A stretch of 64,000 nucleotides of DNA from Sodalis sp. (in: enterobacteria) (GTDB lineage: Bacteria; Pseudomonadota; Gammaproteobacteria; Enterobacterales; Enterobacteriaceae). The notes under the pieces were generated by a model, which did no database searches, was not told where the DNA came from, and saw only the letters and a program-made list of their open reading frames with translations. The DNA is taken from the NCBI RefSeq assembly GCF_036327475.1, contig NZ_CP132913.1:578450-642449 (forward strand), written 5' to 3'. How positions within the stretch are numbered: position 1 is the stretch's first letter; each line of letters begins with the position of its first letter. Position numbers and translations under genes: made by a program. Positions 44,375 to 55,736 of the stretch are shown here, piece after piece.

Positions 44375-44449
44375 TGGAGCGGGAAACGAGGCTCGAACTC
44401 GCGACCCCAACCTTGGCAAGGTTGTGCTCTGCCACTGAGCTATTCCCGC
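44375..44449 (-). tRNA. glyW: tRNA-Gly (anticodon GCC)
   Basis: The reverse complement is GCGGGAATAGCTCAGTGGCAGAGCACAACCTTGCCAAGGTTGGGGTCGCGAGTTCGAGCCTCGTTTCCCGCTCCA. Confidence 0.95.
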
Positions 44450-44591
44450 ATGACTATCGAAAACCTGGTTTGCAAGCTATCGGCAACAGCTACGACCGCT
44501 TTCGATGCGGTCCATTCTACTGACCTAGACGTATGAGTCAATACACAATAGTCACCGCCTATGCTATTATTTGTTTTGCAACGCCTCTCTC

Positions 44592-45140
44592 TTAATGCAC
44601 GAATAAATCGTGCCGGGCAGCATACAAATATTGGAACATTGACCAGAAAGTCAGCACCGCCGCGATATACAGCGCGACGATACCTATCCCCGATACGATG
44701 TCGTTTTGGCGCCACAGTAGCGCCACCAGTGCTAACATTTGCGCGGTGGTTTTCATCTTACCAACCCACGAAACCGCAACGCTGCTACACTTGCCTGTCT
44801 CGGCCATCCACTCCCGCAACGCAGAGATGATAATCTCACGGGCAATCATGGTCGCCGCGGGCAGCGTTATCCACCATGAATGAAAATGTTCCGCTACCAG
44901 CACCAGCGCCATGGCGACCATCACTTTATCCGCGACAGGATCGAGAAACGCACCAAAGCGGGTGGTTTGTTTCCAACGCCGGGCCAGGAAACCGTCAAAC
45001 CAATCTGTCACCGCCGCCAGAACAAAAATGAACGTGCAACCAAGTGGCGCCCATTTAAACGGCAGATAAAAGGCCAAAACAAAGAACGGTATAATTACAA
45101 CGCGGAACAGGGTAAGCCAAGTTGGTATGTTCAGTTGCAT
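44592..45140 (-). CDS. pgsA: CDP-diacylglycerol--glycerol-3-phosphate 3-phosphatidyltransferase
   Basis: [27 protein letters not shown]...[22 protein letters not shown].. gives 182 aa from the ATG at 45140, collinear with E. coli PgsA. Confidence 0.95.
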   Translation of the reverse strand: MQLNIPTWLTLFRVVIIPFFVLAFYLPFKWAPLGCTFIFVLAAVTDWFDGFLARRWKQTTRFGAFLDPVADKVMVAMALVLVAEHFHSWWITLPAATMIAREIIISALREWMAETGKCSSVAVSWVGKMKTTAQMLALVALLWRQNDIVSGIGIVALYIAAVLTFWSMFQYLYAARHDLFVH

Positions 45141-45189
45141 AGTGCTTTGTGGCCGGAGTGGAAATAACAAGTATGTTGCTACATTGCCG

Positions 45190-47022
45190 CTAGTGTTTCA
45201 ACGCATGAAATATTTTTTCTGCCAGGGCATCTGAAATACCGGGCACTTGAGCTATTTCCTCTACGCTGGCATTGCGTAATGACTGCAGGCCGCCCATGTA
45301 CTTCAGAAGTGACTGTCGACGCCGTGGCCCGACACCTGCAATTAATTCCAGCGCGCTGGTATTTTTTACCTTAGCACGTTTATTACGATGGCCGGTAATC
45401 GCATGATTGTGTGAATCATCGCGGATATGCTGAATCATATGCAGGGCCGGCGAATCCGGCGGCAGCGCCATTCTCTTGTTATGGGGTTCCAAAAACAGCA
45501 TTTCGAGTCCGGCCTTGCGGTCTACGCCTTTTGCTACGCCGAGTAACACGACGCGCGATTTATCCCAAGGTACGTCCAACTCCTCTAGCACCGCTTTGGC
45601 CATACCCAATTGACCTTTACCACCATCGATAATCACCACGTCAGGGATTTTCTTTTCTTCTAACGCCTTACCATAACGCCGTCGCAGGACCTGATCCATG
45701 GCGGCATAATCATTGCCGGGCGTAATACCGTTAATATTATAGCGGCGGTATTCGGCGCGAACTGGCCCGTTGCCGTCAAAAACAACGCAGGAGGCGATGG
45801 TCTGCTCCCCCATCGTATGACTGATGTCAAAACATTCAATTCGGTTGACCTGCTCGATACCCAATAGCTCTGCCAATGCGGCTAAACGCTGATGTAGCGT
45901 AGACTGTTGCGACAGTTTAGCCACCAGCGCCGTCGCGGCATTGGTGCTGGCCAGCTTTAAATAACGGACGCGGTCGCCGCGCGGTTGCGTCTGGATCTGA
46001 ATTTTTTTGCCCGCCTGCTCGCTTAGCAACGCCGCCAGCAGCATTTTTTCAGGCAGTGTGAAATCCAAAAGAATTTCGCCCGGAAGCGAGCGCATCTGAC
46101 TACCCTGCAAATAGAATTGGCCGACAAACGTCTGCACCACTTCAGCCAGTTCAGTGCCGACCGGCACTTTTGGAAAATAACTGCGGCTACCCAACACTTT
46201 CCCATGGCGGATAAACAGTATATGGACGCAGGCCATACCGGCGTTAAATGATACGCCAATGACGTCAAGGTTTTCCAGGTTGCCGGAAACGAACTGTTTT
46301 TCCGTCACGCGCCGCACCGCCTGGATCTGATCGCGCGCGCGCGCCGCATCCTCAAAGTTTAGCGCACGGCTGGCCAGCTCCATCTGCTCCACAAGCTGGT
46401 TAAGCACCTGTTGATCTTTGCCTGATAGAAACAAGCGCACATATTCCACCTGCTGCTGATATTCCTCATCACTAACCAACCCCTGTACGCAAGGCCCCAG
46501 ACAACGACCTATCTGATACTGCAGGCATGGGCGTGCACGGTTGCGATACACGCTGTTCTCGCATTGGCGAATGGGAAACAACTTCTGCAACAGGGTCAAC
46601 GTCTCTTTTATCGCATAACCATTGGGAAATGGCCCAAAATAATCTCCTTTCGCATGCTTGGCGCCGCGATGGAACACGATACGGGGATGCGCGTCGCTGC
46701 TGAGGAAAATGAAGGGATAGGATTTGTCGTCGCGCAGCAATACGTTGTAGCGTGGCTGATACAGCTTAATGTAATTATGCTCAAGCAGCAGCGCTTCGGT
46801 TTCTGTATGGGTAACGGTCACATCAATATGGTGAATGCTTTTCACCAGCGCTTCGGTCTTGCGACTGGCAACATGGGCACGGAAGTAGCTCGCAAGGCGC
46901 TTTTTTAGATCTTTAGCCTTACCGACATAAATCACCGTACCGGATGCATCATACATACTATAGACGCCAGATTGACTGGTCACGGTACTCAGAAATTGTT
47001 TGGCGTCAAAACTGCCAGTCAC
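45190..47022 (-). CDS. uvrC: excinuclease ABC subunit C
   Basis: The 610-aa ORF is intact and collinear with E. coli UvrC (..[29 protein letters not shown].., ..[21 protein letters not shown].., C-terminal ..[11 protein letters not shown]..). Confidence 0.95.
   Translation of the reverse strand: MTGSFDAKQFLSTVTSQSGVYSMYDASGTVIYVGKAKDLKKRLASYFRAHVASRKTEALVKSIHHIDVTVTHTETEALLLEHNYIKLYQPRYNVLLRDDKSYPFIFLSSDAHPRIVFHRGAKHAKGDYFGPFPNGYAIKETLTLLQKLFPIRQCENSVYRNRARPCLQYQIGRCLGPCVQGLVSDEEYQQQVEYVRLFLSGKDQQVLNQLVEQMELASRALNFEDAARARDQIQAVRRVTEKQFVSGNLENLDVIGVSFNAGMACVHILFIRHGKVLGSRSYFPKVPVGTELAEVVQTFVGQFYLQGSQMRSLPGEILLDFTLPEKMLLAALLSEQAGKKIQIQTQPRGDRVRYLKLASTNAATALVAKLSQQSTLHQRLAALAELLGIEQVNRIECFDISHTMGEQTIASCVVFDGNGPVRAEYRRYNINGITPGNDYAAMDQVLRRRYGKALEEKKIPDVVIIDGGKGQLGMAKAVLEELDVPWDKSRVVLLGVAKGVDRKAGLEMLFLEPHNKRMALPPDSPALHMIQHIRDDSHNHAITGHRNKRAKVKNTSALELIAGVGPRRRQSLLKYMGGLQSLRNASVEEIAQVPGISDALAEKIFHALKH
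46509..46824. repeat. parental copy (inside intact uvrC) of the 316-bp repeat
   Basis: Identical to 43201-43516. Confidence 0.97.
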
Positions 47023-47662
47023 AACTTAATAAAATCTCCGTATTGCACAACCCATGGCGAATGGCCAGATGGGTTAATTCTACATCACTGCTGATGTTTA
47101 GTTTACTAAATATCCGGTAACGATAGCTATTAACAGCTTTAGAGCTCAGATTGAGCCGCTCCGAAATATCGGTGACCTTTTGCCGGCGGCTAATCATCAG
47201 CATAATTTGGAGTTCTCGTTCGGACAAACACTCAAAGGGGTTTCCGCCTGTGGCTCAAGCTGACTCAGGGACATCTGCTGAGTGATATCGGACGCGATAG
47301 CGTTTATTGGCATTCACCGCACAAATGTCGCAGATGGCCTTGCGCGGAGCGGCGGCTTTGCTCAGGTATCCTGCGGCTATTGCCTGCATTACCTTAGCAG
47401 GCGATAGGTTTCTACGTAAATGGTCAGCATGATAACTTTGATATCCGGCAAAAGCGCACAATTTTGCGGCTTCCAGCCCACCAATGCCCAGCATATTCAT
47501 ATCCATTAACACGATGTTGACACAATTGTTGCGGCACCACTTCACCGCATCTTCGCTACAGTGTGCCTCGCCAACGACTTTGAAGCCTTTGAGATCTTCA
47601 AGAATGCGCCGTATCCCTGCTCGAACTAATTCATGATCATCAACAAGAGAAACGCTTACCAA
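47006..47662 (-). pseudogene. uvrY: uvrY (BarA/UvrY response regulator) pseudogene
   Basis: The receiver domain VSLVDDHELVRAGIRRILEDLKGFKVVGEA..VLMDMNM.GIGGLEA matches UvrY. It then goes out of frame (..KLCAFAGYQSYHADHL..), re-enters (PAKVMQA.AAGYLSKAAAP), and is lost again with a stop at 47255. The HTH part (SERELQIMLMIS..NSYRYRIFSKLNI..ELTHLAIRHGL) is a separate ORF at 47006-47227. Confidence 0.85.
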
Positions 47663-48227
47663 AGATCAATTCCCCAAATGAGGGAGTGATGAAACACTTA
47701 AGACTTAATATTGCAGCTTTCAAGTAAATAAAAACGATTATTCGCTTATACTGGAAAAACTTAGCAATACCGCCTATGCAAGCTCATTCTATATGGATAG
47801 GTTATTGCACCGCAAGGAGATTTCACCAAGAGTCGCGTAGCCGTCGGAAATTGCAGATTTCCTCTCTTTTCTCACCAATCCGAACGTCCATCGCACGCCA
47901 CGGATTGTCTAAAAAATGAACAGAATCATAAGAAATTTAATTAAAAATCAGGTTATTATGATTTTATTATTTATTTTAGCGTACGTTCAAACTTAAAGGT
48001 TAGTTATAATACATTGTTTAATCTTCCCCTCGCCTGGCGAGAGCGGAACATCGCGGCATGAGTGGTGTTTTTAATCTGCTGCAATTTGCCGGAAATAAAT
48101 GACCAATATCAATTAAATTTGTAAAACAAAACCTGTTATAATCGGCGCAAATGGCGTTAACCGCCGATGTGTGGCGATACGCCACGCGCGGCGTCAATCT
48201 TAATATTCACTAATAACGAGGACAATA

Positions 48228-48452
48228 ATGGGCAACATTGAATTTACCACCGATAGTGAAACCGCGGTACTGGCACAAGAACTCAACTGCATGAAGGCGA
48301 TGATGTCACTGCTGTTAAAAGCCATTGGGCAAGCCGATGCCGGCAAGGTCATCATAAAAATGGAGAAGTACATCAGACAGCTTGATGATCCCAAACAGCA
48401 AGCGGTATTTGCCAGTACCGTAAAACAGATAATCCACGCCTATCGTCAATAA
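48228..48452 (+). CDS. yecF: YecF (DUF2594) small protein
   Basis: The 74-aa ..AQELNCMKAMMSLLLKAIGQADAGKVIIKMEKYI..AVFASTVKQIIHAYRQ matches E. coli YecF ..[48 protein letters not shown]. Confidence 0.85.
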   Translation: MGNIEFTTDSETAVLAQELNCMKAMMSLLLKAIGQADAGKVIIKMEKYIRQLDDPKQQAVFASTVKQIIHAYRQ

Positions 48453-48699
48453 AGACCCGTCCCGCGCCGTAGGATCAGACCGACCGGTCGTGGCGACGTT
48501 ACTCGCTTACCTTTTCCAAGCAGCGCCGTGGTAGACTCATGCCACGGTTCCCCGACTTCATCTATTATCATGATGCTGCTGCCAAAACTCGTAACCACTA
48601 TATTGCCGGTCTGTTCCCGCTATTCCATACCTTTTCACTCCTCGCCAATTATATCGTCGGTTCCGAGCGCGGCAGCGAAGCGCTGCGCACGATGGTTCT

Positions 48700-49170
48700 T
48701 TTTGATATTCATTCCCTTATATAACCTGTGATTTTCCATCGCTTCTAGCGCCCCGATATCCTGACGTTGTTTGCGCGCCTGTGAAGGCGTTGTGCCATAG
48801 ATCGTAATAAACAGACGATTAAACGTGGCTGGCTTTAAATACCAATAATAGGCGATCTCGGCAATGCGTCAGTGGCTATAAGTGCGGGCGCAAAAAACAT
48901 ATGTGTAGCCGTCGTGAGGCGTTTTTTCGAATATGCGCGTCATGCCACCATAGGGCTCAAATAACCGATATGACGAACGGAATAAGCATGCTGCTGACCT
49001 ATGAGAGCACATTCAGGCTAACAGCGGCTTCAACAGCCGCCTCGACACCTCAGTTGCGACTCAGATTTACTCCTAATCTGCCAGGGTATATTGGCATCTG
49101 CGCATTTTTACGGTCATCTTTAAATCATCCTTCTCTGTCTATTGTTGCTCCGACAAGGCCGCTTCTACTT
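48700..49170 (-). pseudogene. AraC/XylS-family transcriptional regulator pseudogene
   Basis: On the minus strand, ..RIAEIAYYWYLKPATFNRLFITIYGTTPSQARKQ.. is an HTH-2 motif, and ..VRHIGYLSP..RAYSKKRL.. is a frameshifted HTH-1. Stops interrupt the sequence, and no intact N-terminal domain is present. Confidence 0.55.
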
Positions 49171-49182
49171 TGAGGCAAACCA

Positions 49183-49720
49183 ATGGCAAAATGCTCGTAC
49201 CCTATTATTCCATGTACGGCCACATAGAGACTCTTACTCAAGCGGTAGCGGAAGGCAGATGCTAAAGCGCGTACCGTAAACCATATCTACGAACTGTTTG
49301 CCAAATCTGATGGTAAAACGGATCAATCGGCACAAAAGACCAAGAACTCGCTGGCCATGATGTATGTCAAATGCACACCTTCCTTGATCAAACCGGCGCT
49401 TTATGGCTGTCCGGTGTCCTATGCGGTAAAATAGGCAGCGTTTTACCTCTACCGGTACCAACGGAGAACAAGAGTAAAGAAACTTGATATTAGCCACGTG
49501 CACAGCGGAGCCCCTTATAGTACATCGACACTGGCGGGTGCGATGGTTCCACACCAGTCTTCCGGTGAGGAATCAACTATTGTGCTTAAAACGAAGAGTT
49601 GACGGTCACCCCAGGCACCAAATCGTACCTTGGCAAGCACTAAAGGTAATTTCATCTACAGTTATTCAATACACAGGTTGAGTTGCCGCTACATAGACAT
49701 CATTAAGGGATTAAAGATGG
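49183..49720 (+). pseudogene. wrbA: wrbA (NAD(P)H:quinone oxidoreductase) pseudogene
   Basis: [25 protein letters not shown] matches WrbA [25 protein letters not shown]. A stop follows. ..ELFAKSDGKTDQSA.. and ..QMHTFLDQTGALWLSGVLCGKIGSV.. lie in other frames. Confidence 0.8.
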
Positions 49721-49924
49721 CTTCAGACATGAGCACATAGGCAGACATCCGCCAGACTTCAATAAAAATCGTGGTGGCTATTTAAACGTGGCCAATGACG
49801 ATAAAATGCTGGCGCAGAAACTTTGGGAAGAAAGCAGCGATGAGGCGCTGCAAATCACCTTCGCTCGCACCGACAAAATCAGTTATACTGGGTCGAGGAA
49901 ACGGTAGAACGCAAAAATGTATGA
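49717..49924 (+). pseudogene. yccJ: yccJ pseudogene
   Basis: ..VANDDKMLAQKLWEESSDEALQITFARTDK.. matches YccJ ..[29 protein letters not shown]... The N-terminus carries a stop, and a terminal frameshift precedes ..VERKNV*. Confidence 0.65.
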
Positions 49925-50585
49925 GACTCATACCAGCACGCTGGGCGGTTAATAGCTAACCGCACACTTTTTGTGTGACTACAAAATAGTGTGAATTCAA
50001 TAGAAAACCATTTACCAATACCCAGAGTCACACTGGTATCTCGGTCTCAACCATATATCCTCCAACTCATAATAAGTAAATAATAATACTCTGAGCAAAG
50101 GACGCTCTTTGACAAATATAACTGTTAAACAGCCACCTGTTGAATATCGGTGCAATTTCTAGTAAGTGGGAGTTAGCTAACATCGTTCGCGCATTATTCT
50201 TATAAGGACGGGTTCGGAACGAACCTCTCTAGAGCACGCCGTCCTGGTCATAACGGGCCGAGGGTCGCAGCATCTACTCAAGGTATCCTCTAATACCTAT
50301 GGCGTGAGTAAGCCGACAGCAGCATCCCAACGACCGCGCAAGCCTGACGCATCAATGGGATGGTGATCCGCACCCTTCAGCACTAACGGCGCGATTCAGT
50401 CATCGTTGTCACCGGTGCGCTCACGCCATGGCCATAATTGATCAGCTAAGAAAATTCATGTGTAGCGGCACTGGGGCGTTAAGCGGAACCAATGGCCACA
50501 GAGAAAACAGTCAAAGCTGAGGAAATGGGGGATAGAAAGAAACGATTGAAATAGAGGAAGCGAGGGAACAAGGAAACCGTGGAGA

Positions 50586-50673
50586 TGGCGGAGGAATAGA
50601 GATTCGAACTCTAGAACGCTTGCGCGTCGCCGGTTTTCAAGACCGGTGCCTTCAACCACTCGGCCACTCCTCC
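50586..50673 (-). tRNA. serT: tRNA-Ser (anticodon UGA)
   Basis: The reverse complement is GGAGGAGTGGCCGAGTGGTTGAAGGCACCGGTCTTGAAAACCGGCGACGCGCAAGCGTTCTAGAGTTCGAATCTCTATTCCTCCGCCA. It has a long variable arm and an encoded CCA. Confidence 0.95.
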
Positions 50674-50889
50674 GCAACAAGGCGAACTGTAAACAGAGTC
50701 ATTCCGATTGTAAAGAGCATTTTGCGCTAATCGACTGAAAATCGCCATTAGCCTGCTGTCCGTCTGTGCTACGTCCGTCGCCGGGAGCTTTGGTGCGTAA
50801 AGATGGGTAAAAGCCATAGGCGCAACGGTGAAAAACTATTAATCTCATGCCGAATATTCTTGGCTCACTTTTATAATGAGAGGCAAATT

Positions 50890-51549
50890 ATGGATCGTTT
50901 GATTGCGACATCCCCGCGCGGCCATTCGTTATTAAGCACCCACAAGGTATTGCGCAATACCTATTTCTTGTTGTCGCTGACACTGGCATTTTCGGCGCTT
51001 GCTGCCGCTGCAAGTACGTTGCTATGTTTGCCGTCACCCGGTTTGATTCTGATGCTGGTCGGTTTCTACGGACTCCTCTTTCTGACGTACCGGCTGGCCA
51101 ACAGCCCGGCGGGTATCCTTGCCACTTTCGCCCTGACCGGTTTTATAGGCTATATCCTGGGGCCGATACTGAGTATGCTTCTGGCGTCCGGTGCAGGAGA
51201 TGTCATTATGCTGGCGCTGGGTGGTACCGCGCTAGTGTTCTTCTGCTGCTCGGCGCACGTGCTCACTGCCCGTAAGGATATGTCTTTCTTTTCGGGAATG
51301 ATGATGGCCAGCTTCGTGGCGCTGTTTGTCGCGATTACCGCTAATCTTTTTCTGCACATTCCCGCCCTGTCGCTGGCGATAAGCGTCATGTTTATTCTGT
51401 TTTCCTCCGGAGCGATCTTGTGGGAAACTAGCAATATCATCCACGGCGGAGAAACAAATTACATCCGTGCCACTATCAGCCTCTATGTATCGCTGTACAA
51501 TATCTTTGTCAGCATGCTTGGTATCTTCGGCGGTATGCGCAGCAACTGA
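50890..51549 (+). CDS. yccA: YccA, BAX-inhibitor-1 family modulator of FtsH
   Basis: [37 protein letters not shown]...[27 protein letters not shown] is collinear with E. coli YccA. The start is taken at the ATG at 50890. Confidence 0.95.
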   Translation: MDRLIATSPRGHSLLSTHKVLRNTYFLLSLTLAFSALAAAASTLLCLPSPGLILMLVGFYGLLFLTYRLANSPAGILATFALTGFIGYILGPILSMLLASGAGDVIMLALGGTALVFFCCSAHVLTARKDMSFFSGMMMASFVALFVAITANLFLHIPALSLAISVMFILFSSGAILWETSNIIHGGETNYIRATISLYVSLYNIFVSMLGIFGGMRSN

Positions 51550-51654
51550 TATCGAACTGAGCGTTTTATCTCCCGCCGATGCAGGCTGGGGTGTCTTCTG
51601 GCCAGTGAATTTGCTATTCTTTCTGGATCAGATCATTTGAGCCGGAAGGAATCG

Positions 51655-51981
51655 ATGGAGTTTAACGGCGCAGAAATAGAAACCGATGCGCAGGGGTATT
51701 TGATCCATCCGCAGGACTGGAGCGTGGCGTTAGCGGTGGAAATTGCTCGCCTTGAAGGGCTTACCCTTAGCGAAGCCCACTGGCAGGTAATCCATTTCGT
51801 ACGCGCGTTCTATTTACAATACAATACGTCGCCGGCTGTTCGTATGCTGGTAAAGGCCATGGCTCAGGCTTACGGCGAGGAGAAAGGGAGCAGCCGTTAC
51901 CTTTTCCGTCTATTTCCACAGGGCCCTGCCAAGCAGGCAACGAAAATCGCCGGTTTGCCAAAACCAGTGAAATGCCTTTAA
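51655..51981 (+). CDS. tusE: sulfurtransferase TusE
   Basis: [23 protein letters not shown]...[52 protein letters not shown] matches E. coli TusE. Confidence 0.95.
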   Translation: MEFNGAEIETDAQGYLIHPQDWSVALAVEIARLEGLTLSEAHWQVIHFVRAFYLQYNTSPAVRMLVKAMAQAYGEEKGSSRYLFRLFPQGPAKQATKIAGLPKPVKCL

Positions 51982-52195
51982 GTCCCCGCGGTACTGTTGG
52001 CCATAAATAATCACGTTCAGTGATCTGTAGCACCGCCGCTCACGCAGTCAGCAACATTCGCCAGGCCCGCCCTTGAGCTCAGCTTATCCCTACGGATAGG
52101 TCACATGGCTCGCGCAAGACAAGAGAGCATGAGATGAGACGCTGAGATGAGACGCTTAGCTTGCGGGTAAAATGCTGATGCCCGCTGGTGGTTAG

Positions 52196-52462
52196 TTGTG
52201 GATATCAATGCCGTAAAAGTCACCAAGACTATCGTTGTGCGGTTCAATAAGACTTCTCCACCCGGGCGTGCGCCGGTCCCATGCCGTAGTCAGGCCAGCA
52301 GATGTCCAACCCGTTCGCTTTTGCTGCAGGCCACGACTTCCACGTTTCCGTCATCCTGGTTACAATTGCTTTTTCTGATAGTGGCGTACTGAAAGCTGCC
52401 CCAGCACTGGCCCATGGATCCAGATCGCCATACATATCTTTATCATCGTCTCATTCTGCTGA
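52196..52462 (-). pseudogene. yccX: yccX (acylphosphatase) pseudogene (approximate limits)
   Basis: ..DDGNVEVVACSKSERVGHLLAWL..G..ARPGGEVLL.. matches YccX ..[37 protein letters not shown]... The N-terminal part (MYGDL..) is in another frame, stops lie near the start, and the native stop is lost. Confidence 0.6.
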
Positions 52463-52469
52463 ACGGCGT

Positions 52470-53218
52470 ATGCAGCGCTATCCCTCCAGCGCAATCGGTC
52501 GGCTAGAAGAGAGAGCCCAGCCGGGTGAAGCTATCGATATATTGACGAGAAAGTCCGTTGACTGGCGCGTAGTTGCCGCAATCGCAATTCGCGCCAGAGT
52601 GTGGATTCACTCCTGACGAGCAAATCGATGTCGACTTCTGCGTCCGCCGGTTGCACAGGTCTTCAGCCTCTGCGCACCTCTTGGCGGCGTAGGATTATCT
52701 GGATGGTTATTGTCTGAACGCGAGTAAAGAGGGATTATCAACGCACTACCATATTATTAGTAGTACTGAACACTGCTATCCCGACTGCGCCCTTTGCGAT
52801 CGTTCCGATGTCGCTGTGCAGAATAAGGATAGTCTCAAAGAAACTCGCGGCGTCATCAGCAAGGGCATTCCATCAAACTTGCTTCCTATTCGTGAACAGG
52901 ATACGGCGTTATTGGTGTTGTTTCTGTCTTGATTAGCGTGATAGCCGCCTGTCGTCCGCCCGTAATACGCTGCCACAGGCTGCCGGATGTAAAGTATTGA
53001 CCTGTTGGCGCTGTAACTGCTGGCACTTGAGAGAGAGAGTCCTGCTGAGCTTCTTCCGCTTCGGTCTGATAATCACCGATCTGTTTCAGAAGATTCTCGC
53101 GGACGCCGTGCTGGGATGCCGGACGCGAGATACGGTTTATTGAGAGTTTCGTCAGGCCGCCGATGCCAGTGCCTATTCCAACAGACTGTATCTGAAGGGT
53201 TTTTACTGCCAAGTCGGC
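52470..53218 (+). pseudogene. rlmI: rlmI (23S rRNA m5C1962 methyltransferase) pseudogene
   Basis: ..GEAIDIL..IRARVWIHS*, DEQIDVDF.., YPDCALCDRSDVAVQNKDSLKETRGVISKGIPSNLLPIREQDTALLV.., D*RDSRL.. and the C-terminal ..DLFQKILADAV...EFRQAADAS..RLYLKGFYCQV* match RlmI blocks. Frames change between blocks and internal deletions are large (~0.75 kb remains of ~1.2 kb). Confidence 0.8.
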
Positions 53219-53305
53219 TAAATTATGTTCTGACACCTTGAATTCCCGGACGCCTCCCCCATATTCAGTATAAAGCATAAGCATACTTTCACTGGTGGAG
53301 GTTTC

Positions 53306-53623
53306 ATGATTGCCAGCAAATTTGGCATAGGGCAGCAGGTCCGGCATAAACTTTTGGGGTATCTTGGGGTCATTATCGATGTAGATCCAGAATACTCTCT
53401 GGAGAAGCCTTCATTGGATGACATTGCGGCTGACGATAGCCTGCGTACGGCACCTTGGTATCATGTGGTGATGGAAGATGAAGAGGGAAAACCAGTGCAT
53501 ACCTATCTGGCGGAAGCGCAATTGGGATATGAATCGTTTCCAGTCCATCCCGAACAGCCGACGCTGGATGAGTTGGCGGAATCCATCCGCCAACAACTTC
53601 AGGCACCACGCCTGAGAAATTAG
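53306..53623 (+). CDS. hspQ: heat-shock protein HspQ (YccV)
   Basis: The 105-aa [32 protein letters not shown]...[25 protein letters not shown]...QLQAPRLRN is near-collinear with E. coli HspQ. Confidence 0.95.
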   Translation: MIASKFGIGQQVRHKLLGYLGVIIDVDPEYSLEKPSLDDIAADDSLRTAPWYHVVMEDEEGKPVHTYLAEAQLGYESFPVHPEQPTLDELAESIRQQLQAPRLRN

Positions 53624-53753
53624 TCTCTGCCGTTCCGTAAATAAGCCCTAGTCTTGCTCGGGCCTGTAACTTAACCAAACGTGCGCCAAAATTCTTAGCA
53701 CAACTTTCGCTTTCGCTCGACAACCCTGACTTGGAGCAGTACGGACTTACCGA

Positions 53754-54223
53754 CTATCCCTCAGCCACACTAGCTAGTGGCCCGACTCCCGGTTTCCGCC
53801 ACGCCACCGGCAACACCCAGTGGTCCAACCCCAGTCGCAGGATTGCAACTTTGGGATAGCGATCCAGAACCGCTTTTATTCCGACGTTCCTCGCCAACAC
53901 TACTGCTTGCTCATTTATTATGCCAAATTGCAGCCACAGCACGTCGGCATCAGTGACAATCGCTTCTTGCGTCAGGTCATAAACCGTATCAGAGCGGCAA
54001 AGATATCCGCCATGTCGATTTTGGTAGGGATCCGCCGCCAAATTGGCGTAAACGGTTTGTTCCGAGACAGTTTTTCTTGGCAGGGCTGAGTTTGCGGGCT
54101 AAACTTGATAGCCATGTGGCAATAAATAAGCCATCGTGGCTGGTTAGGGCTGGATTATCGCTGGCGCCGCCAGGGCGATGGTCTTCACGATCTGCAGAGT
54201 GTCTCTAATTTCAGCGACTGTCA
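53754..54223 (-). pseudogene. yccU: yccU (CoA-binding protein) pseudogene
   Basis: MTVAEIRDTLQIVKTIALAAPA..* then ..LWLQFGIINEQAVVLARNVGIKAVLDRYPKVAILRLGL matches YccU ..LWMQLGVINEQAAVLAREAGLSVVMDRCPAIEIPRLGL. Stops and frameshifts lie in the N-terminal half. Confidence 0.75.
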
Positions 54224-54545
54224 TGACGGTTCTCCGAAAAAACAAGGCGTGTTACAAGGCGTGTTATCAGCCGCTTGTCGGCCTTCAGGACTAGAAACTA
54301 CTTCCGGTCAGCGTCAGCCGGCTCGTGGCAGGCGGCGCCAGCACCTAGCCCGGTGCTGCGGTTCTGGTTTTATAGGCCGACCTCTCAGCCGGGAGCGTTT
54401 GTTTGCCTGAGTGCACCAACACCAGTCAATCTCTGGCGAAGCAACAAAATAAACAACGCTTTTACCGATTTTCCGGTTTGTCTCTTCGCAGTGAGACAAA
54501 GTTTCAGTAATCTACAGTTAGGCCGTCTGACTTAAGGAACTGGAC

Positions 54546-54755
54546 ATGGAATTTACCACCTGTACCATTGCTGCACGCAAACATATATCGCTGCCGGCAC
54601 TTACCAGCTTAGTTTCTTGCTCATCCACTACTGCCACTCTTTGGGCTATGCCTCTTTTCGCAGCATTACTGTCGCCAATGGTTAATCAGCAGCTTACGCC
54701 GCGCGACGCCACCGCTTTCAAGCTGGCGCATGGCTGGCGCCTTTTGTTGCCTTGA
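54546..54755 (+). pseudogene. mgsA: mgsA (methylglyoxal synthase) pseudogene, frameshifted and truncated
   Basis: MEFTTCTIAARKHISL.. matches MgsA MELTTRTLPARKHIAL, then the frame is lost (the active-site HDH region is not readable). About 0.2 kb remains of 0.46 kb before the helD remnant. Confidence 0.65.
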
Positions 54756-54759
54756 CGAA

Positions 54760-55232
54760 TAATCATCAGCGCCAAGGAATCGTATCCACGTCCAATCGCT
54801 GCCGCAAACATTTGTCCATTTCCCGCGCCGCCTGGTGGCCAAGCGCCAGCAGCAAAAATCTGTTCCGGCGTCGCCAGATTACACCGCAGCGACCGGAGTC
54901 TGCCCGGCTTTTGGCAAGATTAAGCGGCGAACCTTCCACTGAACAAAAGAGGTCTTCATGCTATTGAAGCATACGTGTCGTCCATTGCTAATTACGCATC
55001 GCCACTCGTTGAGCCACTCCCGGCATTGACATCAAGGTTCATGGCAATCGTCAAATACCTCCCAACCTGGCGACACGATGCCGCGGCGACATTAAATCGC
55101 GATAATTTGATTGAACGGGATCAGATAGTGATGTTTATCGTCGCTGACCTCGACGTTAGCATGTCATAGCCGTACGCGGTTATAAGGACGCTGCGCCAGA
55201 CGTTTGCTGATTAAGGTGAATTTGAGTTCCAT
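54760..55232 (-). pseudogene. helD: helD (DNA helicase IV) N-terminal remnant
   Basis: MELKFTLISKRLAQRPYNRV..VEVSDDKHHYLIPFNQIIAI*C.RGIV matches HelD MELKATTLGKRLAQHPYDRA..IKVSGDRHEYLIPFNQLLAIHCKRGLV. Only ~155 of 684 codons are present, and they contain stops. Confidence 0.75.
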
Positions 55233-55736
55233 AAGCTTGCAAGGATTCCGAATGGCGATGATGTCTGTCTTTATATACCCTCTTGAGTTGTCCTACTCCA
55301 GCCAGGAAAACACAGAGTCAGGAAAACACAGAGTGGAATTCGCAATGGGGATCAGAGATAATCGACGATAACGATTATCAGCTCTTACTATCCAGAGCGC
55401 TATGCGTACTCAATATTGCGGTTTCTTGATCACCCTAGCCTGGCTACTGGCGACGCTCCCTAACGTCGTGCTATTCAGCAATACCACGCCGCATGTTGGT
55501 GAGCTTTACCCCGAACGGTGAAGCGGTTTGCGTAACTGGGGGCACGTTGCTTAATGTCTTCTGGTTCGCGGCGTTCGGCTGGTGGCGTGTTTGTCGCACA
55601 TGTTGACGGGGATTGCTTAATGTTGCACGCTGCTTGTACCCATTGGTATCGCCAATTTCAAGTTAGCGCTCATCGCGGTTTAGCCGGTGAGCCGTCGGAT
55701 GGGGTCGAAGAGGCCGACAGGCTGCGGGCGAGTTTT

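Noticed and set aside
48700-49170. Expected sdiA (LuxR-type regulator), which lies next to yecF in E. coli order.
   Set aside because: The remnant here has AraC/XylS-type HTH motifs rather than a LuxR-type HTH, so it is not called sdiA.
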